Assembly: GCF_009914755.1 (NCBI RefSeq)
Contig: NC_060925.1
From: the human T2T-CHM13v2.0 reference genome, Homo sapiens
DNA length: 64,000 bases
Direction: 5' to 3' (one strand)
Shown here: positions 15,948 through 29,425 of the stretch, in pieces
Numbering within the stretch: position 1 is the stretch's first letter
How the letters are laid out: the number at the start of each line of letters is the position of its first letter
The notes under the pieces: generated by a model
What the model was told of the DNA's origin: nothing
The model's database searches: none
What the model saw: the letters and a program-made list of their open reading frames with translations, nothing else
Position numbers and translations under genes: made by a program

Positions 15948-16383
15948 TGTGATGGTTAATACTGAGTGTCAACTTGATTGGATTGAAGGATGCAAAGTAT
16001 TGTTCCTGGGTGTGTCTGTGAGGGTGTTGCCAAAGGAGATTAACACTTGAGTCACTGGGCTGGGGAAGGCAGACCCACCTTTAATCTGGTGGGCACAATC
16101 TAATCAGCTGCCAGCGAATATAAAGCTGGCAGAAAAACTCGAAAAGGTGTGACTGGCCTAGTCTTCCAGCCTGCATCTTTCTCCTGTGCTGGATGCTTCC
16201 TGCCCTCAAACATCGGACTCCTAGTTCTTCAGTTTTGAAGTTTGGACTCTCTTGCTCCTCAAGCTTGCAGACAGCCTATTGTGGGAACTTGTGATCGTGT
16301 AAGTTAATACTTATTAAACTCCCCTTTATATCTATCTATCTATCCTATTAGTTCCGTCCCTCTAGGGAACCCTAACTAATACA
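15948..16383 (+). mobile_element. HERV-L solo LTR, MLT2A1/MLT2A2
   Basis: TG...CA termini (tgtgatggttaatactgagtgtcaacttgattggattg ... ccctaactaataca); 5-bp TSD acatc/acctc. Confidence 0.9.
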
Positions 16384-16549
16384 ACCTCCAAACAAAAAAA
16401 AGATTATCTTCCAAAAAGTGGTAAATTGGCTAAACTTTTCTGGAGGCTAAAATCAGTAGTATGATAACTTCAAAGCTAAAGAAAAATAACTGCCAAATTA
16501 GAATTCTATGCTCAATGAAAATGTCTTTCAAAATGAAAATAATAAAAAG

Positions 16550-17670
16550 AGAATTAGAAGGCAAGCCACAGACTAGGAGAAAATATTTGCAGGCACATCT
16601 GACAAAGGGTCGTTATCCAAAATAACCCAAGAACTCTTAAAACTGAACAATAAGAAAATGAGCCACCTAATTAAAACTTAGGCAAAAGATCTGAACAGGC
16701 ATCTCATCAAAGAAGATATACAGATGACAAATAAACATATAAAAAGATGTTCAACATCATATGTCATTAGGAAATTGCAAACTAAGACAATGAGATATAA
16801 TACATATCCAATAGAATGGCCCAAATCCAAAATGCAGACACCATCAAATGCTTGGAGGATGTGAAACAACCAGAAGTCTCTCATTCACTAGTGGCTGGTG
16901 GTAATAAAAAAGTACACCCACTTTGGAATATAGTCTTGCAAAACTGAGCATGCTCTTACCGCATGATCCAGCAATCATGCTCTCTTTGGTGTTTACCCAA
17001 AAGAATTGAAAACCTATGTTCATACAGAAACCTGCATATAGATGTTTATAACAACTTTATTAATAATTGCCAAAACTTGAGAGCAACTAAGACATACTTC
17101 AGTAGATGAATGGACAAACTGTGGTACATCCAGACAATAGAATATTATTCAATGCTAAAAAAAATTACCAAGCTACAAAAAGACATGAAGGAACCCTAAA
17201 TGCATATTACTAAGTGAAATAAGCCAATCTGAAGGCTACCTAATGTATGATTCCAGCTATGAGACATTCTGGAAAAGGCAAAACAATGGTGACAATAAAA
17301 GGATCAGTAGTTACCAGGGGTTAAGTGGGGAGGGAGAAATAAATAGGCAGAGCACAGAGGATTTTTTATGGCAGTGAGATTATTTCTTATAATACTACAA
17401 TGGTAGATACGTGTCATTATAACATTTGTCAAAACCCATAGAACGTACAACACCAAAAGTGAATCTTAAACTCTGGACTTTGGGGTGATAACGATGTGTT
17501 AGTGCAAATTCATTGATTGTAACAAATACACCACTATGATGGGGGCTGTCGATAGTGGAAGAAGCGGTACATGCGGTGGGGAAAAGGCATATATAGAAAA
17601 TTCGTACTTTCCACTCCGTTTTGCTGTGAACCTAAAACTGCTCTAATAAATAAAGTGTATTAATTTAAAA
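16550..17670 (+). mobile_element. L1MC1-like 3' end
   Basis: ORF2 C-terminal region and 3'UTR ending ttttgctgtgaacctaaaactgctctaataaataaag. Confidence 0.75.
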
Positions 17671-18538
17671 GGTTGAAGTGAAATAAAAACAATTTGAGAC
17701 AAGTGGGAGAATTTACGACCAGCAAAATCTAGTTAGGAGAAATTCTAAAAGATATACTTCAGGCAAAGGGAAAGTGGTCCTAGGGAGAATGTCTAAGATG
17801 CAAGAATAAATGAAGAGAGGGAAAAAAGTGGGCAAGTACAAATGAACATGACTTTCCAAAACCAGAATCATGTTTATGAAGTTTAAAATATACTTAAAAG
17901 GTCTACTCAAATTCCCAGACAATAACATTTGAATTGTGAGGTGTGTATATGAAGTTAAAGTGTTCCAAAAGCTTTGTATCATCTGGTAGGTGAGTAAAGG
18001 TTTTAATTAAGTTACGAATTTGGTAGTTAAGTGTTCATGTTTTCAATGCTTGGGTTACCAGTGAAAGTACAGAAATAGTATGAATAACTTCTAAACTAAT
18101 AGAAAAAAAATGAAATGATTAAAAAGGAAAACATATTCAGTCAAAAAATATCAAGAAAGGACTTTTCTGTTGGGACTAATAAACAATAAAAAATAAAATG
18201 GAAATGTGAATCCAAATATTTCAATGGAAACACCAAATGTAAAACAATTAAAGGTCCAACTTTTTTAAAAATCATAAAATTGAATAAAAACAAAATTTAA
18301 CTAATACAACAAAAAAGCATTATTAAAATCAGGCAAAATAATAGTTTAAGGAAAATAACATTATTATAAGTGAAAGACCACTTCAAGTCACCAAAATAAT
18401 AGCAATTTAAAAAATGTTATATGTCAAATTATATAGTCTCAAAATTTATAAAGGCAATGACTGACAGAACCATAGAGAGAAATAGACAAGTAGATAATTA
18501 TAGTGGGATATGTCTAGCAAACTTTTTTTCAGTGATAG

Positions 18539-19308
18539 TGCTATGGTTTAGACGTGCCTCCTAAAGTTCATGTGTTAGAAACTTAAGACTCAAGACAACA
18601 GTGATGAGAGGCGGTACCTTTTTTAAAAAAAGCTTTTGTTTTAGTTTCAGGGGTATATGTGAAGGTTTGGTATACAAACTTGTGTTATGAGGGTTTGTTG
18701 TACAGATTATGCCATCACCCAGGTGTTAAGCCCAGTACTCAATATTATCTTTTCTGCTCCTCTCCCTCCTCCCACCCTACAACCTTATGTAGACCTCAGT
18801 GTCTGTTGTTCCTTTCTTTATGTTTATGACTTGTCATCATTTAGCTCCCACTTATAAGTGAGAACATGTGGTATTTGGTTTTGAGTTCCTGTGTTAGTTT
18901 GCTAAGGAAAAGGATAAACCTCCTGCTCTATCCATGTCCCGGCAAAAAATATGATCTTGTTCTTTTTTATGGCTGCATAGTATTCTATGATGTATATGTA
19001 GAGAGGTAGTACCTTTAAGAGATGATTAGGATTTGAGGGTTCTGCCCTCATGAATTGATTAATGCCATTATTGGGGAAGTTAAATCATTATTGTGGGAGT
19101 GGATTCCTTACAAAGGATGAGTTCAGCCTTCTTCCCTCTCTCATATCAGTGCCTTCTGCAATGTTATGATGCAGCAAGAAGGCCCTCACCACATGTTGGG
19201 GCTTTGATCATGGACTTCCCAGCCTCCAGAACTGTGGGGAAATACATTTCTGTTTTTAGAAATTACCTAGTTTCAGATATTCTGTTATAGCAGCACAAAA
19301 CAAAAACA
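18539..19308 (+). mobile_element. MaLR LTR (MST-type), split by an L1 fragment
   Basis: tgctatggtttaga... start; ...ttcccagcctccagaactgtg...ttctgttatagcagcacaaaac end. Confidence 0.75.
18621..19000 (-). mobile_element. L1PA (about PA15) 3' fragment
   Basis: Reverse L1 3'UTR; 15-bp TSD gagaggcggtacctt / gagaggtagtacctt. Confidence 0.85.
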
Positions 19309-19456
19309 GGTAAATAGAATAAGTAGATGTAAAAAAAAATCAGTAAAGATAGAGAAGATTTAGGAAACGTGATTAATAAAATTGTCCTAACAAACCCATA
19401 TATAAAGTTATCCGTCCAATATGAATAATACAAATTGTTTTCAAATAAACACACAT

Positions 19457-20230
<774 letters not shown>

Positions 20231-21155
20231 ATAAATGAACATTTACCAAATTTTATCATGTGCAAGGGTCATAAATCAAGTCTCAAAAAAATAAAAAGAT
20301 AAAAATCACATGAAAATTTTTTATCATGATGCAATTTTGGTAGAAATCAATAACAAAAAGAATCAGAAAATCTTTATACATTTGAAAAATAAGAAATACA
20401 CTCCTAAGTAGCCATGAATTAAAGAAATAAACAATGGCAATTAGAAAATGTTTAAACTAAAACTCAGAGAAAATACCATTGAGAGATAGTGGCCAAAAAT
20501 TTTTCAGAACAGATAAAATGTAGGAGATGCAGTTAAACAGGTGCCAGAGTGACATTTGTTTTCTAAATTCATATATTAGAAGAGAAAAAAGAGTGAATAT
20601 TAAAGAGCTGAGCATTCACCTTAGGAAGTAAAAACAGAATGGCAAAAATAATCTGTAAGAAGTAGAACAAAATAAACATTAACATTCATACAGGAATTAA
20701 AGATATGTAATAACATGTAGAAGATAGGATCAATAAAACTAGAAACAGGTTCTTTCAAAAATTTAGCAAAAATGAAATCTTCTGGTAAGATTGTTGTAGA
20801 TAAAAAGGAAAAGTCACATTACAAATACAAAGAATGAAAAGGAGATATCACTAGAGATTCTAGAGACATTAAACAGATATAAAAGTATTGTGAATAACTT
20901 TATGACAATACATTAAAAGTTAGTTGAACTGGAAAAATTCCTAGGAATTTAAGTTACCAAAAATATTTCAAGCAGAAAACATGACTAGTCCAATAGCCAT
21001 TTACAAAATTGGATCAATAATCAAAAATATTATCATAAAGAAAATCTAGTCCCAAATGGTTTCACTGGTGAATTCTACAAAATATTAAAAAAGAAATTAT
21101 TGTAATGTTTCTCAAAAAACTCCAGACTAAAAAAAGAGAATACTCCCCAGGCTTA

Positions 21156-21522
21156 TGTATTAGTCCGTTTTCATACTGCTATAAAGGAAAGAAGTTTAAT
21201 TGACTCACAGTTCCACATGGTGGGAAGACCTCAGGAAATTTACAATCATGGCAGAGGGCAAAGAGGCAGCAAGGTACCTTCTTCACAAGGTGGCATGAAG
21301 AAGGGCCAAGTGAAGGGGATAGAGCCCCTTATAAAACCATCAGATCTCGTGAGAACTCACTGTCGTGAGAACTCACTATCATGAGAACAACATGGAGGAA
21401 ACCGCCCCCATGATTCAATTACCTCCACCTTGTCTCTCCTTTGACATGTGACAATTATGGGGATTATGGGGATTGCAATTCAAAATGAGATTTGGGTGGG
21501 GATACAAAGCCTAACCATATCA
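21156..21522 (-). mobile_element. THE1D/MSTA-like solo LTR
   Basis: tgtattagtccgttttcatactgct ... cctaaccatatca; perfect 5-bp TSD gctta. Confidence 0.9.
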
Positions 21523-21849
21523 GCTTAATACCAAAACTTAAAAAGAACATTATGATAAAGAAAAATTATAGCCATTCTCACTCATGAACATAGATGCAAA
21601 AATTATAAACAAAATATTAGCAGCATTTATCCTAGAAAAATGGATAAAAGATTATGATCAAGTTAAGTTTATTTTAGGAATGCATTAGAAAACTAACGTA
21701 ATTCATCATATTAATCAAATAAAAGAGAAAAACATATGATCATCTCAACAGATGTCCAGAAAGTATTTCACATAATTTTAACATTCACTAATTATTAAAA
21801 CAAACACCTTTTAATGAACTAGTAGTATAAGGAAACTTTTAAAATCTAC

Positions 21850-22294
21850 AATGATGATTAATTTTATGTATCAACTTGGCTAGGTCACAGTACACAGATA
21901 TTTGGTAAAACATCATTCTTGATGTTTATGTGAAGGTTTTTATAAATGGGATTAACATTTAACTCAGTAGTTTTGGGTAAAGCAGATTTCCCTCTATAAT
22001 GTGGGTGAGCTTCATCCAATCAGTTGAAGGCCTTAAGAAAAACAAAGAAACAAACAAACTGACCTTCCTCAAAGAGGGAATTCTGCCATCAGACTGCCTT
22101 TGGACTCAAATTGCAACTCTTTCCTCAGGTCAGTCTCCAACCTGTCAGCCTACTCTGCAGATCTTGGGCATGCCAGCCTCCACGGTCACATAAACCAATT
22201 TCTTAAAATCTTTCTCTCTCTCTCTTCACACGCGCATACACATACACATACACACTCTATTGGTTCTGTTTTTCTGTAGAACCCGGACCAATAC
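21850..22294 (+). mobile_element. ERVL LTR (MLT2D-like)
   Basis: tgatgattaattttatgtatcaacttggctagg ... tattggttctgtttttctgtagaacccggaccaataca. Confidence 0.8.
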
Positions 22295-23994
22295 ACAGTA
22301 AAAGAGAGTATTTACAAAAAAACATACAACAAACATCATTCTTCATGGGGAAATGTTGAAAAATTTCTCTCTGATATTGAGAAGGAAATAATAATTTAGT
22401 ATCATACTAGAGATTCTACAGCAAGAGAATAAGACAAAAAAAGAGAGATAAGATAAAAGGATGAGAAAGGGATAAACAAAACCATCATTCGTTACATATA
22501 ATATGTAATTGTATATGTAGAAAATCCAAAACATCTGCAGGTAAACCAATCTGTTAGAATTGGTTTATCCAGTTTAATCTAATGAGATGAATTATCTAGA
22601 ATGAGAGAGTTTAGCAAGGTTATTGGGTACATAGTCAATATACAAATGTAAATTATATTTTGATATGCTAACAATAATCAGGTAGAAAACAAAATTGAAG
22701 CCAGATATTATAAAAATACTTTAATCAAGCAAATAAAAGAATAAATCTAATAACAAATGTGTAAGAATTCTATGGAGAAAACCACAAAATTTTACTGAGA
22801 GAAATTAAGATAGACCAAAATAAATAGATAAATATGATGGATGGAAAAGATTGGTAAAAATGTCATTTTCACCCAAAATTGATTTATAGTTTTAAATATC
22901 ATCATAATCAAAAGCACAATATTGTGTATGTGTAAGACAACAATTCTAAAATTTATATGGAAATTCAAAGAACTGGAAATAGCCAATATATCCTTGGTGA
23001 AGTATAAGGTAAAAGACTTGATCTATCAAATATAAAGACATAATGAGGCTAGGGTAATCACGACAACACAATATTGGCACAAGGATAGTTAGGCTAAGGG
23101 AATAGAAGATAAAAAGCCCTAATGTCTATCAACAATAAAATGGAAATGGTGGTATATTCATACAATAATATATCACATGGCAACAGAAAGAAACTGATGG
23201 ATGAATCTAGAATATTGAATGAAAAATTACACAATATATATATTATATTTATACTAAGCACTTTTAGAGTTATATATTACACTTCACACTAAAAATATTT
23301 TAATTACTGTTTTTAATATATCAAAAGATTAAGAAACTAAAAATAAATCTCCAAAAAGTTGTACAAGACCTTTTAAAGAAAATATTAGAGTTTAAAGTAA
23401 AACTTAGAAAGACATTACAAAAGACTTAAATAAATGAAGAAATGTACCATGCTTAGAGATTGCATCTCTCAACATTGTATATGTATCAATTACCTCCGCA
23501 TTAATCTATTGTTTCCATTCAACCCCAATACATAGCCAACAGATGGCATTATGGAATTTGACAAGATAATTCTAAAATTTGTATAAAAGTACAAAGGATC
23601 AAGAATGTCAAGATACTGCTGCGGAAAAAGAATAAATAGGGTATCTGCGAAGATTTATGTTAAAGCTATTGTAATTAAGACATAAGTGTGCACTGAGAAA
23701 TAGATATACCAATGGAACCTAAGAGAAAGACTAGAAAATAAACCCAGACATATATGGACACTTGCCATATAATAAATTTGGTATTACAGATCAGTTGAGA
23801 AAAGGTAGACTTTTCAATTAAGAATGTTGGGACAATGGTTAACCATATGGAAAGAAATGAAACTGGACTCTTCATTCACACTATACACATAAAATCAGTA
23901 TGAGGTGAATTAAAGACCAGTCTTTGTTTGAAAGGCGAAATTCTAAAAACTGTTAGAAGAAATTATGCGATAATTTCTTTGTAAATTCAGAATA

Positions 23995-24616
23995 GTGTAT
24001 AGTTACGTTTCAATCAGAGGAGCAGAATCACTAAAATGTGGAGTATGTGTGTGAGTCTGTATGTGTGTGTAAAGTAATTTGCTCCAGGGATCTGAACTTC
24101 TTGCCTCCTTGTGAGGAGCTATTGTCTTTCCTCCTGATCCTAGAACTTGGAGTCCATAATATAAGAAGTCAGGAATTAAAAAAAGATAAATGTAGTGTGA
24201 GCGAGCAAGAACACGCTGGAACACAGAGGAATAACCTGAAGCTCATGAGGACCTATTGAAACCTATGTTGGTTTTTAGTGTCTCTGACATTAATGGTATG
24301 GGTGGGCTCCAGTAGCCAGAAGTCTTTGTTACAGAGCTAAACACAATTACCTGGCCAAGGAGTAAGAGAAGCTGAAGAAAGATCCAGGGGATGATGGAGT
24401 AGTTTCAGATGTGGCCACTGCTTCATGCCAATGAGATGAGTCAGTAGATCAGAGACAATACGGGTCAGCTACAAAATGGCTGCTGCTTCACTTTTACCTT
24501 CCAGGTTTTCCACAGTAGTGTCTCTTGCAGCCCACCCTAACTAGAAATATACAAAAAAGTGAATTCTGGGAAATGTAGTTCACCCTAGCCAGGCTGACAT
24601 ATTACAAAACCATCAG
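23995..24616 (-). mobile_element. ERVL LTR remnant (MLT2E/F-like)
   Basis: Minus strand begins tgatggttttgtaatatgtcagcctggctagggtgaactacatttcccagaattc. Confidence 0.6.
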
Positions 24617-25899
24617 AGGTAGAAATAGTTTTCTTAAAAAATACATAATAAGCAGCTGTTATAGTACATATTTTAAAAATTTTATTTAAAAAGAAAAGGT
24701 GAGTATCTTTTCTGAGTTCTTGAATACTTGAAAATATCTTTTCCTTCATCTTATACATCATTCAAAAAGTGCATGTGTAGAAAATCCTTGATCTACGTTT
24801 TTTCCCTCTGAACTCTGTAAAAGTGCTGTTTTCCCTCAGTATTATTAAAACAAAAGTAAAAATTCCTGGCAGTTTTTGGCTATCTTTTAAGTAACACTAG
24901 TTTTGGCGGAGTAGGTCTGAATAGTTTTTGTATTCATTCTTTGTCTTTATAACCTAACCCTTTTGTTACAAGTGTCTAGATATACTGATATTATCAGTAG
25001 CTATCCAGTAATTTGCCCCCTTGCTTTCTTACCAACAAAAACTAAATTTTGTTTGTTGAATAGTAATGTTCCTAGCCTTCATTGCAATTAGAGGTGGCTA
25101 TGTAACACAGTTTTGGCCAGTGATCCAATGACGCATGAAAAGAGGTTTTGCTTTTCTAACATATTTCTTCCTTTATTACTTCCTTCTTCCTGGTCTTAAA
25201 ACTAGAATGAGACATTGGAGGTGAAGCAGCCTTCATGTGACTATTTATGCCTTCTGCATTTATGTTCAGTGGTAATTCATCAGTGAACAAAACAGTCAAA
25301 TGTCTCTCCCTTTGTGTGTCTTAAACTCTAGTGTGTATCAACAAACAATAATAGAATTAAATAAGTAAACTATTTAGAATATGAACAATGATAAGCGCTG
25401 TAGGAAAAAATGTTAGAATACGAGATTCTAAGAAGCTAGTGAGTGTAATATTAAACAAAGTGGTGGGGACAGGGAGCAGGCCATGCAGCTAGCTAGAAGA
25501 GGAACTTTCCAGAGAGTGAGGGGGAAAAAATCAATGCAAAGACTGGGAATATGCCTGCTATATTTAACAACCAGCAAGCAGCTAGTTTACTGAAGTTCAG
25601 TGGTGACAGAGGGCTAGTAGATGAGGTTAGAGAGGACAGACAGATGGGGAAAATTAATGTAGGCCTTTTAGGTCATTGTGTAGAATTTGCCATCTGCTTT
25701 GAGTGAGATAAAACATCACTAGAGAGTCTGAACAGGGGAGTGACTTGCTGTGATTTATATTTTTAAGACTTTGCTTTAAACCTTTTCATTTTCATCGAAT
25801 TTTATACCTACATAAAAATTGCAAACGTAATACAGAGCTTCCTTATATCCCTCACTGTACTTTCCCTAATGTAAACACCCAACATCAAAACAGGAAATT

Positions 25900-26820
25900 G
25901 TTTATGGCTGCATAGTATTCCATGGTGTACACATACCACATTTGCCTTATCCAGTCTGTCATTGATGGGCATTTAGATTGCTTCCATGTCCTTGCTATTG
26001 TGAATAGTGCTACAATGAACATACATATGCATGTGTCTTTATGATAGAATGATTTCTATTCCTTTGGGTATATACCCAGTAATGGGATTGCTGGGTCAAA
26101 TGGTAATTCGATTTTGGCTCTTTGAGGAATCACCATACTGCTTTCCATAAGGATTGAACTACTTTACACTTTCACCAACAGTGTATAAGCATTGCCTTTT
26201 CTCCACAACCTCACCAGCATCTGTTATTTTTTGACTTTTGAATAATAGTCATTCTGACTGATGTAAGATGGTATCTCATTGTGGTTTTGATTTGCATTTC
26301 TCTACTGCTCAGTGATATTGAGCTTTTTTTCATATGCTTGTGGCCCGCATGTATGTCTTCTTTTGAAAAGTGTCTGATCATGTACTTTGTCTACTTTTTA
26401 ATGGGGTTTTTTTCTTATAAATTTGTTTAAGTTCCTTATAGGTGCTGGATATTAGATCTTTGTCAGAAGCATAGTTTACAAAAAAGAATGAGATCATGTT
26501 TTTTGAGAAACATGGATGGAGCTAGAGGCCATTATCCTCAGCAAACTAACGCAGGAACAGAAAACCAAATACCACATGTTCTCACTTATAAGTGGGAGCT
26601 AAATGATGAGATCACGTGGAAACAAAGAGGAAACAACAGATACTGGGGCCTACCAGGAGAGAAGGTAGGAGGAAAGAGAGGAACAGAAAAAAGAACTATT
26701 AGGTACTAGTCTCAGCACCTGGGTGACGAAATAATCTGTACATCAAACTCCCATGACACAAGGTTACCATATAATAAAGCTGTACATGTACCCCTGCACC
26801 TAAAATAAAAGTTTTTTGAA
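25900..26820 (+). mobile_element. L1PA (about PA14-15) insertion with inverted 5' part (25900-26479 minus, 26480-26820 plus)
   Basis: The two halves are adjacent in L1 sequence (..gcagccataaa / aaaaagaatgagatcatg..); TSD-like aggaaat on both sides. Confidence 0.85.
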
Positions 26821-27103
26821 GAAAAGGAAATCAACGTTTGGTGCGATATTATTAACTAAACTACAGACCTTATTTGATTTTCACACATTTTTTTCCTATG
26901 TGTTCTTTTTCTGTCTGGCATCCTATCCAGAGTCATATACTGTTTTTGTTTTCCTTTCTTAGTCATTTCCAGTTGGCAACAGTTCTTCAATTTTTTCCTT
27001 ATCTTTCATGACTTGACACTTGGAAGATTGTTAATCAGCCATTTTGTAGAATGCCCCTCAATTTGGGTTTATTTGTTAAAGCATTTTTCTCATGATTGGA
27101 AAT

Positions 27104-27515
27104 TGTAATAGTCTGCTCAAGCTACCATAACAATGAAACACGGATTGGATGGTTTAAACAACAGAAATTTATTTCTTACGGTTCTGAAAGCTAGGATCAA
27201 GAGTTCAGCTGATCCGTTTGTGGTGAGGGCTCTTTTCCCCGCTTGCAGATGCCTACCTTCTCACTGTTTCCTTACATGGCCTTTCCTCTGTGTGCAGGCA
27301 TGGAGCGGTGGGGAATTAGAAAATGAGCTGTCTGATGCCCTTTCTTATAAGGACTCTAATATTATACTATTGGATTAAGGTCCCACCTTTATGATCTCAA
27401 GTAACTATAACCTTAATTACTTTCATAGAGGCATCATCTCCAAATACAGTTATACTGGGGGTTAATGCTTCAATCTATGAATTTTAGGGGGGACAAAAAC
27501 ATTCAGTCCATAACA
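27104..27515 (-). mobile_element. MaLR LTR (MLT1A-like)
   Basis: tgtaatagtctgctcaagctaccataac ... aacattcagtccataaca. Confidence 0.8.
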
Positions 27516-27785
27516 GAAGGCTTTGTATTTTTGGCAAGACTACCACAATATGCACAAAAAATCTTTCATTATGCATCATATTAAGGTATTGATGATGTTG
27601 ATATGTCTTTTTTTAAATAATAGCAATGTTTATTAGAATATCCTATTCAAAACCAGCAATCTGTGCAACATACTCAGCTTTTAGGAGACGGGCTGGCCCC
27701 AAGTTTCTTTCTGATAATGGACTTAGGGGGCTGGCATCTTGACCCTGTCGTCCAGCCTGTGGTACCATCAAAAGGCAGCATGACA

Positions 27786-29425
27786 TTTTTTTTTTTAATA
27801 CTTTAAGTTCTAGGGTACATGTGCACAACATGCAGGTTTATTACATAGGTATACATGTGCCATGCTGGTTTGCTGCATCCATCAACTCGTCATTTACATT
27901 AGGTATTTCTCCTAATGCTATCCCTACCCCAGCCCCCCAACCCCTGACAGGCCCTGCTGTGTGATGTTCCCCTCTGTGTGTCCATGTGTTCTCGTTGTTC
28001 AATTCCCACCTATGAGTGAGAACATGCGGTGTTTGGTTTTCTCTCCTTGTGACAGTTTGCTTAGAATGATGGTTTCCAGCTTCATCCATGTTCCTGCAAA
28101 GGACATGAACTCATCCTTTTTCATGGCTGCATAGTATTCCATGGTGTATATGTGCCACATTTTCTTAATCCAGTCTATCATTGATGGACATTTGGGTTGG
28201 CTCCAAATCTTTGCTATTGTGAATAGTGGCGCAAGAAACATATGTGTGCATGTGTCTTTATAGTAGCATGATTTAAAATCCTTTGGGTATATACCCAGTA
28301 ATGGGATTGCTGGGTCAAATGGTATTTCTAGTTCTAGATCCTTGAGGAATCACCACACTGTCTTCCACAATGGTTGAACTAATTTATACTCCCACCAACA
28401 GTGTAAAAGTGTTCCTATTTCTCCACGTCCTCTCCAGTATCTGTTGTTTCATGACTTTTAAATGCTCGCCATTCTAACTGGCATGAGATGGTATCTCATT
28501 GTGGTTTTGATTTGCATTTCTCTGATGACCAATGATGATGAGCATTTTTTCATATGTTTGTTGGCTGCATAAATGTATTCTTTTGAGATGTGTCTGTTCA
28601 TATCCTTTGCCCCCTTTTTGTTGGAGTTGTTTGTTTTTTTCTTGGAAATTTGTTTAAGTTCTTTGTATATTCTGGATATTAGCCCTTTATCAGATGGGTA
28701 GATTGCAAAGATTTTCTCCCATTCTGTAGGTTGCCTGTTCACTCTGATGAGTTTCTTTTGCTGTGCAGAAGCTCTTTGGTTTAATTAGATCCCATTTGTC
28801 TATTTTGGCTTTTGTTGCCATTGCTTTTGGTGTTTTAGTCATGAAGTCTTTGCCCATGCCTATGTCCTGAATGGTATTGCCTAGACTTTCTTCTAGGGTT
28901 TTTATGGTGTTAGGTCTTACATTTAAGTCTTCAATCCATTTTGAGTGAATTTTTGAATACGGTGTAAGTAAGGGATCCAGTTTCAGCTTTCTACATATGG
29001 CTAGCCAGTTTTCCCAGCACCATTTATTAAATAGGGAATCTTTCCCCATTTCTTGTTTTTGTCAGGTTTGTCAAAGATCAGATGGTTGTAGATGTGTGGT
29101 GTTATTTCTGATGCCTCTGTACTGTTCCATTGGTCTATATATCTGTTTTGGTACCAGTACCATGCTGTTTTGGTTACTGTAACCTTGTAGTATAGTTTGA
29201 AGTCAGGTAGCGTGATGCCTCCAGCTTTGTTCTTTTTGCTTAGGATTGTCTTGGCAATGTGGGCTCTTTTTTGGTTCCATGTGAACTTTAAAGTAGTTTT
29301 TTCCAATTCTGTGAAGAAACTCAGTGGTAGCTTAATGGGGATAGCATTGAATCTATGAATTACCTTGGGCAATACGGCCATTTTTACGATATTGATTCTT
29401 CCTATCCATGAGCATGTAATGTTTT
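27786..29425 (-). mobile_element. L1PA (about PA6-7), 5'-truncated, ORF2 C-terminus + 3'UTR
   Basis: ORF2 peptides ([29 protein letters not shown]); poly-T at 27786-27796. Confidence 0.92.

Noticed and set aside
27643-27831. 62-aa ORF across the L1 tail and the transduced segment
   Set aside because: It starts inside the L1 3'UTR and crosses the A-run; no recognisable homology.
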